Positions 1 to 12,452 of a stretch of 64,000 bases of DNA are shown here, one piece after another; within the stretch, counting starts at the first letter, position 1, and each line of letters starts with the position of its first letter. This DNA is from Malacoraja senta (taxonomy: Eukaryota). The notes below the pieces were generated by a model, which was not told the origin of the DNA, did no database searches, and saw only the letters and a program-made list of their open reading frames with translations. The translations under genes and the position numbers were made by a program. The DNA lies in contig CM075996.1 of the NCBI GenBank assembly GCA_038087875.1, positions 3,412,001 to 3,476,000 of the forward strand, written 5' to 3'.

Positions 1-1059
1 AAAGTTGAAGATATTGACTAAGACTGTGGCCAGTTGATCGGCACACAATTTCAGAAATGTCCAGTTACTCCATCCAGGCCAGCCTCCTTCCAAGAGTTTA
101 CCCTCACGAAAGCAGATATGCCACCAAGATATATGGGACTGAGCCAGCAGATGACGAGGGTACACGTTTAAATGGAGCTTTGATTGCCTGCTCAAAGTCA
201 GACATATAAGCTCTTCGAGTAGAGATGCATCTTTGTCAAACTGACTCGACTTTGGCTTGTAGCACATGATAGTGTTCAGTCCCAGTCAGAATCACTTGGC
301 ATCCACTAGATTAAGTAGAGCTTCTAGCTTATTTTGGAAGTCTCTCTTGGCACCCTGACAGCCTTGTGCATCTATTCTCAAATTGATGATAAATAACTAC
401 TTATGTACCTATTTAGGTTAATATCCAGTTATCAAGGCCTCACTATTCTCGACCTGGCTCCATTAATTCTTTATAATCCTCTTTCATAACCATTCAGGTA
501 GTGACATCAAACATAAGATTAATCAATCTAAATGTGAACCCATTCATAGGTACACTGAGAGAAGCTGCAGAATGTATTCAGCAGTTGAGATTTAAGGTTG
601 GTGGGTCCTCAAATGCAGACTACGTTTCAATACAGCTAACCTGTTTCAGTGCACAAACAGGCAAGTCATAAAGGCATAGAAAATGATTTGTTTACCGCAA
701 ATTAGGAAGCTTCAACCCGACACCAGCTAGCGATACAAAATCAGTAACTGAAATCTGTTGAGAATGAATTTCTTAATCAAGTAATGAGATGTTCAAGTAA
801 ATGTTCAAGATGGCTAATGCAGTTTTAAGCCATCTAACTGCATTAGTGATCTTAAGATCACCTGATGGGCCCAACCGACTCAGCAAGTGGAGGCACGGGA
901 TAGACTTCCTTTGAGCAAGAAAACTTGGATACTGGGAAAGACTTCAGGTAAGACTGAAGTGTCAGGGTATGCAATGTCCTTCTCCCTAGCATCCTTCTGG
1001 TCAATGTTCAGTCACTGGAGAAAACAAGGTAGAAGACCTGAGAGCAAGATTGCTGTATT

Positions 1060-2720
1060 GGAGTCATACGAGGGACTGCTGTGTACTCCGTTTCGCAGAG
1101 AAATAGCTCACCCCCAACTCTACAGACACTCCGGATTTTCTTATCCACCACATGGGCTGGATGATGGCACCTTTTAAAGGAAGAGGCGGTGGCGTCTGCT
1201 TCATAATAAATCCGTCACTATGTTCGGAAATGGCAGTCATAACACATTCCTGTTCCCTTGCCCTGGAACAACTGATTGTAACGACTAATCTACCTACCAA
1301 GTTCTCATCTGTCATACCAACTGACAGTTTACATCCCGTCTCATCAGACATCACGCCAGCACTTGAGGAATTGAGTGCCATGATCAACAAGCATTAAATG
1401 GTGTATCCAGGTGCCTTTCAAGCCATTGCTGGGAGACGACAACCAGGCTACCTGCCAAACCAACAACACCAGCAGACCCAACACACGACACACTGCCACA
1501 CCACCATTAGAAACGTCTTTCGCTCCATTCATTGCCTTCACTGAGGAAAATCTCAGACCTGTTCATGCTTCTTCCTGCCTCGACAGAGATTGAAGAGCGT
1601 GGCATGGGGCTAAGAGGACGAAGTGCTTGTCAGGGGAGACAGAGAAGTAGCTGGGGACTGCTTTGAGTCTGTAGATTGGGCCACATTCAAGGATTCATCA
1701 ACGGACCTGAATGAATATGTCACAATTGTCACCCAACATCATAAAGAAATTTTTAGACAAAAATATTCCCAGTCATCCCCAACCAGAAGCCAATCAAGAA
1801 ACTCAATCTGCTGAGGGCTAGACTTGTGGCATTTAAGGCTGGTGATCCATTTTTAGGCAAGTCCAGGTATGACTTCCTGAAAGCAACCAAGGGACTATTT
1901 CATGCTAAGCTGGAGACACAGACGCACGCTGGCAGCAGTGACAGGGATTTTATGCCATTGCCTCATACAAGGCAAAACCACACTGCAGAAGTGACAGTGA
2001 CGCATCACTTCCAGATGATTTCCAACACCTTCATGCATGCTTTGAAAGGGAGAGAAAATGACACACCTACACAAGTCCCCGTAGCCACTAACGACCCTGT
2101 GATCTCAGTCCCTGAGATCGATGTCAGAGCATCATACAAGGAAGTAATAAATCAATTCAAAGTATCCAGCCCAATGTGCCGAGTACTACAAATGTGTGTA
2201 GATCAACTGACTGGTGTTTTCAATGACATATTTGACCTCTCACTTCCATGGTCCGAGCTTGCTACTGCTTCAAAAGGTTATTCAGCGGACTGGTGCCCAA
2301 AAGTAGTGATCTACCTCAATGAACACCATCCAGTAGCACTTACAGCAATCGTAATGAAATGCTTTGAGGTGTTGCTCAAATCAACACCTGCCTTAGAAAT
2401 GGACTGGATCCACTTCAATTTGTCAATTGCCACAACAGGTCAGCAGATGCGACCTCACGGCTCTCCATTCTGCAATGGAACATCTAGTTAACAGAAACAC
2501 ATTATTCAGCCAGTTGATCATCGAACACAGCTTGGTGTTCAATAATATCATCCTCTTAGAATTCATCACCAACTCCCAGACCTGTGCCTTCCTTTACAAC
2601 TGGATCTTTGACTTCCTCATTGGCAGACCTCTGTGTAGATTGGTAACATTTCCTCCTCCCTGACCATCACCACTGATGTACGCCAAGGCTGCATGCTTAG
2701 TTCCCTGCTCAACTCTCAAG
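1060..2720 (+). mobile_element. Degenerate Rex1/Babar-like (L2/CR1 group) LINE ORF2 remnant
   Basis: Broken ORFs carry endonuclease/RT motifs: GRGGGVCFIIN, DCFESVDWATFKDS, PVALTAIVMKCFE, NWIFDFLIGRP; many stops and frameshifts. Confidence 0.8.
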
Positions 2721-3289
2721 TCACTTATGTCAACCAAGCTTTCAGCTCCTTTGACCTAACACACCAGGGAGGGAAGAACATGCACACCCAGCACACATGG
2801 GTTGAACATGTACGCAGTTATCAAGCTTTCCTTCTGGCTGGAAAGGGAGAAGTGTGGCTGCAACTCCAGCAGCAGCACCGTAGTTTCGTTCCCCTTCTCC
2901 CAGACGTCCTGGAGCAGCTTGCTTGAAGTATCCATTGTCTGGGAAGTTCTGAGGTGGTAGACATCCTTAGCCTCAAATTTTCAACTTTCGAGTAGAACTT
3001 TTTTGATGAAAAGTTCCATGGGGAAGAGGTTTCCTTTCACTGAGATCCCTCATTGTCACTCTGACCATGTTGCGAACCCCTCGTCTCCTGAAGTGAGACT
3101 GCAGTCATCCTGAAGAAGCAGGTTATAACATATTTTTTTGTGCTGGAAGGGGGTTAGATTGGCTCCCCCAATTAGCATAGATCCAACTCTGCTTCATCAG
3201 ATTAAGCTCTCATCGGGCAGCCCCTTGCCCACAAGAAGACCGTCGTCTACCTTCTCCTTCTGAAAGATGCGTGTCTGCAGAGATCCAAC

Positions 3290-3655
3290 ACGCACAGAGT
3301 CATGACATGGCTAAGGTAGTGTGGGTCTTTGATGATATTAGTTTCTCGAGGCCACGCTCTCTATAGATTCCTTCTCTAAATGGTGGGGCGGTCAGTACCC
3401 ATGTTGGACCGGGCAATAGCCACCACTTTCTGCAGCAACCGTGCTATGGTACAACCAGTATGTTCTCCACTATGGTACAACCAGTATGTTGACATTCCAT
3501 AGCATATCCAGCAACATGCCGAATCGCTTCAAACTTTTAACGAGCTTCCTTCATGATTACATCAACATGCAAGGTCCAAGACAGATCAGAGATTTATTTT
3601 CCCCAGAAACATGAACCCGTTGACTCTCTCTACCACTGCCCTGCCAATGACGACA
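3290..3655 (-). mobile_element. Rex1/Babar-like LINE 3' fragment
   Basis: Reverse strand resembles the C-terminal region of the same LINE family seen at 27.4-28.8 kb and 36.1-36.8 kb; heavily decayed. Confidence 0.55.
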
Positions 3656-4099
3656 AATGCAATGCGGCTAGGTAACATCTCCTCCTCCCTGACCATCAAC
3701 ACAGGTGTACATCAGGGTTGCTCTACTCTCCAAATGTCATTTATATCAACACAGCCTCCAGTTCCTTTGTCCTAACACACAAAGGAGGCGAGAACATGCA
3801 CATCCAGCACATGTATGTTGAACATCTGCAGTTATCAAGCTTTCCTTCTGGCTGGGAAGAGTGAAGAATGGCTACAACATCAACAGCAGCACTGGAGCTT
3901 CATTCCCCTTTTCCCAGACGTCTGGAGCAGCTTGCTTGAAGCTGGCTTTCCCTTCCTGACGCCAACTAATCAGGTCGTTGGACTTGGTAACATTGAGAGC
4001 AAGATTTTCTGTAATTTTATCAGACCGTATCGAATTGATACGTTCCATTTCCAAATTAATTTGTATAAACTATTTGTTTATTTTGCATGATTTTCAGAT

Positions 4100-4720
4100 T
4101 TTGGGCATCGATGTCTAGGCCATCATTTATTGACTGTTCCTAATTGCACTTGAGGTGGTGTGAACAGACTTCCTGAATCGCCCAACCATTTGGTGAAGGT
4201 GCTCCCACAATGCAGCTGGGGAGGGAGTTCCAAGATTTAGACCCCACAGATGGACGGGCAATAGATTTTGATGCCAGTATGTAGGGAAACTTGAAGGTTG
4301 ATAGTGTTCTGTCACTCCTGTCCTTGTTCTTCTTGACAGTGATGGCCACTGTTTTTGGAAGGCATTGTCAAAACAGCCTGGGTAAGTAACTAAAGTGCAT
4401 ACTGTAGTTGGCAAACACTGCTTCCACCAGTGCTAATCAAGCAGACTGCTTTGTGTTGAATGGTTTTGGACTCCACTGATCCAGGCACGCGTAAAGCATT
4501 CTATCATACACACGATGTGCTTTGTAGTTAGAAGAAAGGCTTTGAAGCTCAGTTACTCGCCACATGATACCTAAACTCTAACCTGCCCGTGACCTCCAAA
4601 TTTCTGAAAGTGGTGCAGTTGAGATTCTGGTCAGTGATCCCCAGGATGTTAATGGTAGAGGAATGGTAATGAATGTCAAGTATAGATGATTAGACCATTT
4701 CTTGTGGGAGATGGTAAGTA
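4100..4720 (-). mobile_element. Old CR1/L2-group LINE 3' fragment
   Basis: ORF 4140..4349 contains SWNSLPSCIVGAPS, the WNxLP motif of CR1/L2 ORF2 C-termini. Confidence 0.55.
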
Positions 4721-5209
4721 CCTGATAAGATGGCAAGTGAAATTCCTTTGATAATGAGATTGAATGTTCTAATGTACTCAGATGCTTTCCAATATTGTTT
4801 ATCAAAAACTGCAGATGATGGGAATTGGTTCAGGGCTATGGTTCAGCAGTTAGATTTCAGAACTGATAAAATTCCAATAAGGGTCTCCAATCTGAAATGT
4901 TAACTCTGTTTCTCTTTCTATCAGACTATTTGATATGCTGAGTGTTTCCAGCATATTTGTTTTTATTTCACAATATTGTTTGTTGTTTTGTGCTCTGAAG
5001 ACTTCCAAAAAGATTCTTCTCCTGGTTTTGTTTCCTTGAAACCCATACTAAGAGCAAAAGTTACTGCTGAATCATAGTCCTACAAGAACAGGGCCTTTGG
5101 CCCACTACATCTGTGCCAACTATCAAGTATCCAACTACATTAATCCCATTTTTCCTCATTCCCTATCCAGATTTCCATACCTACCCCTCCAAATTCTTCT
5201 GCCAACTAC

Positions 5210-5402
5210 AATCAGGGTAATTTACAGTAGCCAATTCCTCTACTAACAAGCATTAAAAAGAACTGGCGCGCCTGGGAGAAACACATGCAGTCAAAAGTTG
5301 AACGTGTGAAGTCCATCCTGCACCACCCAAGGTCAGGATTGAACCTGGGTCTCTGGAGCTGTGTAGCAGCAGCACCAAATTTGCACCACTGTGCTGTCCA
5401 GT
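5210..5402 (-). mobile_element. tRNA-derived HE1/V-SINE-like remnant
   Basis: Minus strand reads ggacagcacagtggtgca...agagacccaggttcaatcctgacc (A/B-box-like head); similar to the copy at 12182. Confidence 0.6.
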
Positions 5403-6129
5403 CTTCACACCAAGTCAAGCCTCAGTCTTCTTAGTGAAAGTTCGTTGTACCTTGGTATCAAGATAAAATTCCGTTTCCATCACCAAAAATGAATTATTCA
5501 CTGATTCTTTCAAATTCTGATTGCAGCAAGTAGTCTTCAGTAAAACAACTTTACAATTTTAGGGTGATTTGTCCATGTCAACAGCATACTCACAAATAAA
5601 TATATTTCCCTTACCATACAAGACTGAGCCTAGTCTGCAGTTTCAAAGTAGAAGCTGAATATTCATGAAAAATTAAACCGAATTGGAATCATCTTAAGGA
5701 TTTCACAATCTACTTTTCATAATGGCTTTTGTTTGTTTGCAATAATACAAATACATTCAATATCTTCATGCAGATAAGCCGTTGAGTGTTGTTTTAAAAT
5801 TACATGGAAATTCACCTTGAAGGACTTAACTTATGAGAGAACAATTTGGCTGTAGATGGAAACACAGGAAGATGAGAAACTGAAATCGTTTGGTTACATA
5901 ACCATGCACTTCTTTCATATTAATCTCCTTGTGTATCCAACTCCTTGCATTACTTCTGCATTGTGGCAATACCAACCACAAATGAAAATAAATCCAACAC
6001 AGAAATCTAAACATTTCTTTTGTTCTGCAGCTTCACGAGCCCAAATGGAGCCGTCCCATGGAGTTTATCTCTCATACAGTATTTTCCATCACAAGAATGC
6101 ATATCTCTGCATTTTTCTGCATTGTATAT

Positions 6130-6976
6130 ATTATGGATATGTCCCCTCAAATCAATGCTACATTACAGGCTTGGATGCTAAAACTGCTGACTTTCTATGT
6201 ACGAAGAACTTTTCGATGAAGATCCATTCGCAGACAAAACAGCTGAGATCAGGAACAGCTCACAGATGGATTCAATGAGGCAAAATGCAGACAATGGTAG
6301 GAGCTAATAGAAACAGACTTACGACATAGCAGCAGGATGGCATGGGGACATTGAGATGTCTCGGTAATGACCCCACCCACAGTAAACCACGTGGAAATAT
6401 GACTGCTAACCAGGTTGCCCACCAGTTGTTGCCAAACAGCTAGAGTAGTGGTTAGAAACCTCCACCCCCAAAGGTTGTTGATGGCAACAACCGAAACTAC
6501 AAATGGTACATCGAACCTTTCACCATGGATGAACTCAACAAAGCCCTGAATGTGATGAAACCTAACAAGGCAGCTGGCTTAGACATCAGAACTGAGATGT
6601 TGCAACATCTGGGTCCCATAGCACGAGAATGGCTGCTGGAAATGTTTAAAATCTGCATAGCAACCATCTCCATTCCACAAGTCTGGCGGAAATCCATGGT
6701 TGTTTACCAAAACCAGGCAAAGATGCCAATCTTCCCAGCAGCTACCGGCCTATATCCCTGCTGTGCCACCCATACAAACTGATGGAAAGATGCATACTGA
6801 ACCGCATCACGCTGGATGTAGACGATGTCTTGATACCTGAACAGGGTGGGTTCCGCCACGGAAAGTCAACAACAGGACCACTGCTGAACCTCACTCAACA
6901 CATTGAAGATGACTTTGAGTGAAAGCTGATCACAGGTACAGTATTTGTAGACTTGTCCGCAGCATATTACACTGTA
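6130..6976 (+). mobile_element. RTE-X-like LINE fragment (pre-RT and RT N-terminus)
   Basis: MDELNKALNVMKPNKAAGLD...IPQVWRKS, then EQGGFRHGKST and VDLSAAYYTV; ends abruptly at the next repeat. Confidence 0.8.
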
Positions 6977-7725
6977 CACCTACCGACTTGCGGCGGAGAA
7001 GCATGCACTGCGTACGATCTCCGCAGAGGCACAGATGTGGCACTGGCTGTGGCAGTGATGGCAGAACGTCGTCTGACACACGAGCGAACAAATTGCTACA
7101 TTGTACATGTTAATGGTGTAAAAAGGATATCTGATGGCATTAATTACTGCAGTACCAGGACGACAATCAGTCGTGTTCTCGAGATTTGATGAATGTATTC
7201 TGACCAAAGAAATACAAAGCTAACTGCAACTCAAATTTTCCTTTCTCAAATAGTCATAACGCTAACAGTCACATAACGTCCAGTAAATTAATGAATGCAT
7301 ATGTGTCTTTTTATAATATTGCACACAAAATTATGACAAAGGGGGTCAAATTTCAAATTCCTTCAAAAAAGTCGACAAGCACTTTATTGGGTTCGAGACT
7401 AAAAAAAATCATGAATAAAATAATATCAACAAAAAATACAAAGATAACATATTGATGGCAAGTTTCTGAAAATGGCATCAGAATACAAATACATTTTGTG
7501 TAACGGTTATCGCATGCTGTGTACACCAGTGACCTGGTACAGATTGATGTGTCGATACTATATGTTACCATACAGATTATGCATGCTGCACATTCCTAAT
7601 GTCACACATACTGCTTGGCACAGTAAGTGCACGTATTTATTCCTTTCTACGTTTAAGTATACCGCATGGAACAATAAAATTGCAAACACCGTTTCCACTT
7701 CATTCACCTGATCATGTAGTAGAAT

Positions 7726-8900
7726 GGGGTTGGGTTGGTATTGATGGCACTGCCCTGAGCTGGTTCATCTCCTACCTCAAAGGTAGGAGTTTCTCGACTA
7801 ACATAGGCAACTCATTCTCCTCCCCAGCTAATCTGTGCTGTGGGGTTCCACAAGGTTCCATCCTTGGCCCCATTCTCTTCTCCCTGTATATGCTCTCCTT
7901 AGGCCAAGTCATTGAAAGGCACGGCATTTCCTTCCATTGCTACGCAGACGATACACAACTCTATCTCCCCCTGAAGCCCAAAAAACAATCAAATCTGTTT
8001 AACCTTACCCACTGCCTCGAGGATATAAAGTGTTGGATGGCCCAGAACTTCCTCCAACTAAACGAGAGTAAGTCTGAGGTCATTCTTCTCGGCCCCTCGG
8101 ACTCAATCAAAATGATAGCAGGCAGCCTTGGAAGCCTTAACCCACTACTCAAACCTCACGTCAAAAACCTTGGCGTGATATTTGAATCAGCACTGAAATT
8201 TGACAAACAAGTCAATGCCGTGGTAAAAGCTAGCTTCTTTCAGCTTCGGACGATAGCTAAAATAAAACAATTCCTCCAGTTTGATGACCTGGAAAAGATC
8301 ATCCACACATTCATCTCCTCCCGCCTAGATTACTGGAACTCCCTTTACACTGGCATCAGCCAATCTTCCCTGTCCCGCCTGCAACTGGTCCAAAACGCCG
8401 CAGCGAGACTCCTGACGGGCACCCGAAAAAGGGACCACATCACCCCGATCCTGGCCTCTCCCTGTGCGGTTCCGTATAAACTTCAAGATCCTCCTCCATG
8501 TCTACAAGGCCCTCAATGGGCTTGCCCCCACCTACATAAAAAGTCTTCTCACCCACCACTCCACCTCCAGGCCCCTCAGATCGGCCGACTTGGGGTTGCT
8601 GAATATCCCACGGTCTAGGCATAAGCTCAGGGGCGACCGCGCCTTTGCGGTTGCATCCCCTAGACTGTGGAACAGCATCCTCTTTCCCATCAGAACCGCC
8701 CCCTCCATCGACTCTTTTAAGTCAAGACTAAAGACTTAACTATACTCCCAAGCCTTTCCTGACGTCCTCTGAGTGAGGGCTACATGTAGATATGTATGTA
8801 GTTTGATTTTGTTGTGCTATTCTTATAACAAATGTAAAGCACTTTGGCCAACGATTTGTTTATTAAATGTGCTATATAAATAAATGTGACTTGACTTGAC
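7726..8900 (+). mobile_element. 5'-truncated L2 LINE with RT domain
   Basis: GVPQGSILGPILFSLY, CYADDTQLY, QLVQNAAARLL, PRLWNS; (TTGAC)n tail; TSD tagaat at 7720-7725 and 8901-8906. Confidence 0.93.
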
Positions 8901-9613
8901 TAGAATACTGCATCTGAGTGAACACTGCAACGCGCGTTACACATCATACACACAAACGTAAGTACGGTGGACACTCCCAGAAAATGAACGTAGCATTATT
9001 AGCGAAAAACAAACATTTTCACCAATGTGATCTAAACAATACATTACCTTATGGATTTGAGCTATATCGATGGCCGTTGATTCCTCAGAACGTTTGATTT
9101 GGGCTGATTTTTTAGTAAGTAAAATGCCTCCGTAACAGTCCGTTGCGGAGCATCCCAAAGATGATACGATGGAACGAAGTTAGTGACTTGGTCCGTACGA
9201 AAGGTAAACAAGAGACAGTGTGTTTCCAAATTGAAGATTGGCTCAGTTTCTTAGTTTTGATGACCAATTTATGCCCCAAAATGTTATTTTGAATTGATTT
9301 TAAAAAGTCAGAAAATATATCGTAAATGGTCGTTGCGTTTTTGACACCACAATATTTTTGATATATTAAATTGGAAAATAAGAAAAAATAATTAACTCGT
9401 CCAAAAATCGCTACTACCATAGGATACTTCGTTGGGTTTTTCAAAAGCAATAGAGGTTTGGAGCCTCCATGATTCAACTTAGAGGTACCGACCACGATAA
9501 CGGTCATTGTGACAATGGACACCAAGCACAACGACCGTTACAGGATCTTTACTGTGCTGTATTAACTTTATGTTACTGTATTTTTCTCCTGGCTTGGATG
9601 AAGATATTTCCCT

Positions 9614-10139
9614 GGGGTGGGGAACCTGTGGCCTTAAGGCCTCATGTGGCCTTCTAGGCCATTAAGTGTGGCCTTTTGAATGAATCCAAATTATGTAGAA
9701 CAAATCCATATATTTTTATTTTATTATGTTTTTGTTTGTCTTTCATTATTTTTAATTTTAATCTTAAAATGGACGCATTTAAAAGAGTAAAAGTAGATTA
9801 AACGAAATAATCCTCCCCGACTGACGGCCACAATTAAAACATAGTTAGACACGAGGGCTATTTTAACACCTGTTATGCTTATGATTTAGTTCTAATGCGA
9901 TTCGAGAATGTACGTTAACCTCCCACAAAAAGCAGTCACAACAAAGTCATTAAAAGGTTAGTTAACTTTAGAATTAACAATTTTTTTTTCATTTTCTTGA
10001 AGTTAGTACATAGTTGTTAGATTTTTACAAAATAATGTAAATTTTGAAGTTTATCCAATTGAAGTTTCTTGGATGTGGCTTTATTAGATTACAGCTAACT
10101 TAATGCGGCATTCCAACATGAAAAGGTTCCCCACCCCTG
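9614..10139. mobile_element. hAT (Charlie-like) MITE
   Basis: TIR ggggtggggaacct ... aggttccccacccctg; right 8-bp TSD ccctagat (10140-10147); left TSD/TIR junction lacks 6 nt; empty site visible in copy 2 near 54479. Confidence 0.85.
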
Positions 10140-10200
10140 CCCTAGATCATTATCAAAACAGATATGTATGATGTGCCCATGTGAAGTTAATTTATGAATT

Positions 10201-11077
10201 CTCCTTCTTGCATTTGAGGCAGTAGAAGTTATGTAACACCCTCCAGTTGTAGCCAGTTCAATGTCCTGCTGTTGAGGGCCGTGAAGTCTACCCCTTCACC
10301 AGGGGGGCGGAGGACAGCACAGTCGAAAAAGATGTGCTGTGCTGGTTGCTGGTCTGCTCCAAACACAGGCTGCTGATGAATGCAGCCCCCAGCGATGCAC
10401 GTTGGCATTGAACGGGCCGACCTCTGTACGGAGCCAGCTCAGGGCAACCCACTCTTTGTGGGGCAAGTCCGAGCCGGATGGGGCTGTGGTGTTCGGTGCA
10501 ACAGTGAATTGAGGAGGTCGCGAAGTCTGTTCCCAGCTGGTTCTCCTAGTGTGTTGAAAACGGAGCCAGAGGGTCGCTGCGTGACGGGAGAAGGGGCGAT
10601 GACAGGCATTGAGGTCCCAGTTGCTGTGAGTCCTGGGAGATGGTGCAAAGGATGTTTGGCGTCTGATGGGCCTTGCACACCAGCCTCTGAGTGAAGTACT
10701 CTCTGCGAAGCTTGGCGGGTGCGATACTTGTGATACAAAAGATCCGTCGGCGTAGGCAGCCGGTGATGATCTGCATGTTGTCCAGCTTGCTAGTATGAGC
10801 ACTGCGGCACCATGCTGGAGTGGTGTACTCAGCAACGGTGTACACGAGTGCAAGAGCACTGGTTCAGAGAGTAGATGGTCACTGGTCTTGGGTACAACAC
10901 TGTGGTTGGCAAGGAATCACACTAAGTGACGATCAGGAATGGTGCAGAGGAGCTTCAAGATCAGGCCCTGGTGCCACACTGTATCGTGGTGCAGTGTCCA
11001 CGATGAAATCCAGCTTGTTCAGAGGATAGTTGAGGGTCGACGTTTGGATCGAGCCGGGCCAGGAGAAGCCGTTCGAG
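10201..11077 (-). mobile_element. Internally deleted RTE-X-like LINE
   Basis: Minus strand encodes LERLLLARL..EQAGFHRG, DTVWHQGL, AEYTTPAWCRSAHT and LPHKEWVALSWLRT; purine tail aagaaggag; TSD gaatt at 10196-10200 and 11078-11082. Confidence 0.85.
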
Positions 11078-12181
11078 GAATTAAATATTCATGCTAAATG
11101 TGGCAGAAGTTTGAATGCCACATTTTTGGTGTCCAAATTGGTGGTAAAACGATGAAGATTTGTCTGGCATGAAAAAAGTTTTTGTCTTTCGGTCTTGAAG
11201 TTATCTAATTTATATCTGTTATTTACAAGGTTTCACATGATGGGTAGATTTTTGTTAAGAACAGTGTATTGGTATAAAAAACTGAATAATAATCTTGTTG
11301 AATCTTCACTTTATACTTTCAGAATTGTAGGCATTAAGTATTGCTGCTACGATTATGATACATTTTCTAACGGGAATTTTTAGTAAAGTACATTTTAATT
11401 AAGTAGATTAGCAAACAAGATGACCTATGTTTTGTTTTAACACTCCAACCAGTCTTCCAGCAGGATTCAACTTCAGCAAGGGTAGTGTTCATCATGTGAT
11501 TAAGTGCACAGACATAAATTTGAATGATTTCACAATAATTAAAATAAACTGAGGAACACCGGTAAATGTTGATCAGGTCCTCCCTCTTGTATAATCCATT
11601 ACATTCTTGACAAGGCAAATACTCTGCAGCACCATGCAATGGCAGCAGAAAAGGCCTGGAGGGAGAGTTTGCAAGCATGTATGCCTGGCACAAGTCAACA
11701 ACAGCCTGCTACCAGTTAAGTCATCATCAGGGTCTTCTTCCTTAATTGCTTTCTCCTGGTGGCCTGAGATGTGCTCTCTAAACCACAATGTGGATTTTTT
11801 TAACATGAGATACATGAACTTCATTATGCCTCAAAATGACTTTGAGAAACACAGGTAGCAGTATCAACAACAAAATAGTCTTTCTCAACCTTTCAAAACC
11901 CTGAATATTAAACAATGACTGTGAAGAATCCTTCTATAATTTGACTCTTCTCCAATTCATTTCCACTCTACGTCATCTACATAATAGCACGGAAACAGCA
12001 ATTCGAACCAATGGATTCACCGCAAACACAATCCTAGCGCAGAGCATGTTCAAAGCTGTCATCATTTCAACACTCCAACTTTATCACTGCAACTTGTAAA
12101 TATCTTCAGATTCTGTACATCACACCTCACTAACAGCATGTCCATGACAAGATCTGAAAATATATTTTTCAAGCTTCCACG

Positions 12182-12452
12182 GGGGGCAGTGACACAGCAG
12201 TATAGCTACTGCTACAATGCCAGAAACCTCTGTTCGATCTTGACCACGGGTGCTGTCTGTATGGAGTTTGTACATTCTCCCTTCCTCCGGGTGCTCCGGT
12301 TTCCTTCCACATTCCAAAGACGTGCAGGTTTGTTGGTTAAATTGTCCCTAGTGCGTAGAATTACCTAGTGTGTGCACGGGTGATGACTGGCCGGCGCGGT
12401 CTTGGTGAGCCAATGGGTCTGTTTCCATGCTGTATCTCCAAACTAAACTAAT
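12182..12452 (+). mobile_element. HE1/V-SINE-like tRNA-derived SINE
   Basis: tRNA-like head (gttcgatct B box), V-domain-like tgtatggagtttgtacattctccc...ccggtttcc, CR1-like 3' end with (ctaaa)n tail. Confidence 0.8.

Larger units (their letters stand above)
6977..11300. mobile_element. Unclassified non-coding interspersed repeat (probable non-autonomous DNA transposon), copy 1, carrying three nested insertions
   Basis: After removing 7726-8900, 9614-10139 and 10201-11077, the sequence from ~7320 to ~11297 is colinear with ~52910-54752; no ORF; termini not defined. Confidence 0.75.

Noticed and set aside
5856..6278. 140-aa plus-strand ORF with an internal acceptor-like ttttgttctgcag
   Set aside because: The 3' part runs into the RTE-X remnant; no donor or partner exons found.
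11367..11824. ORF with EYLPCQECNGLYKR (CxxC) as a possible zinc-finger exon or Crypton remnant
   Set aside because: Single CxxC, no supporting motifs or splice sites; probably chance or decayed repeat.
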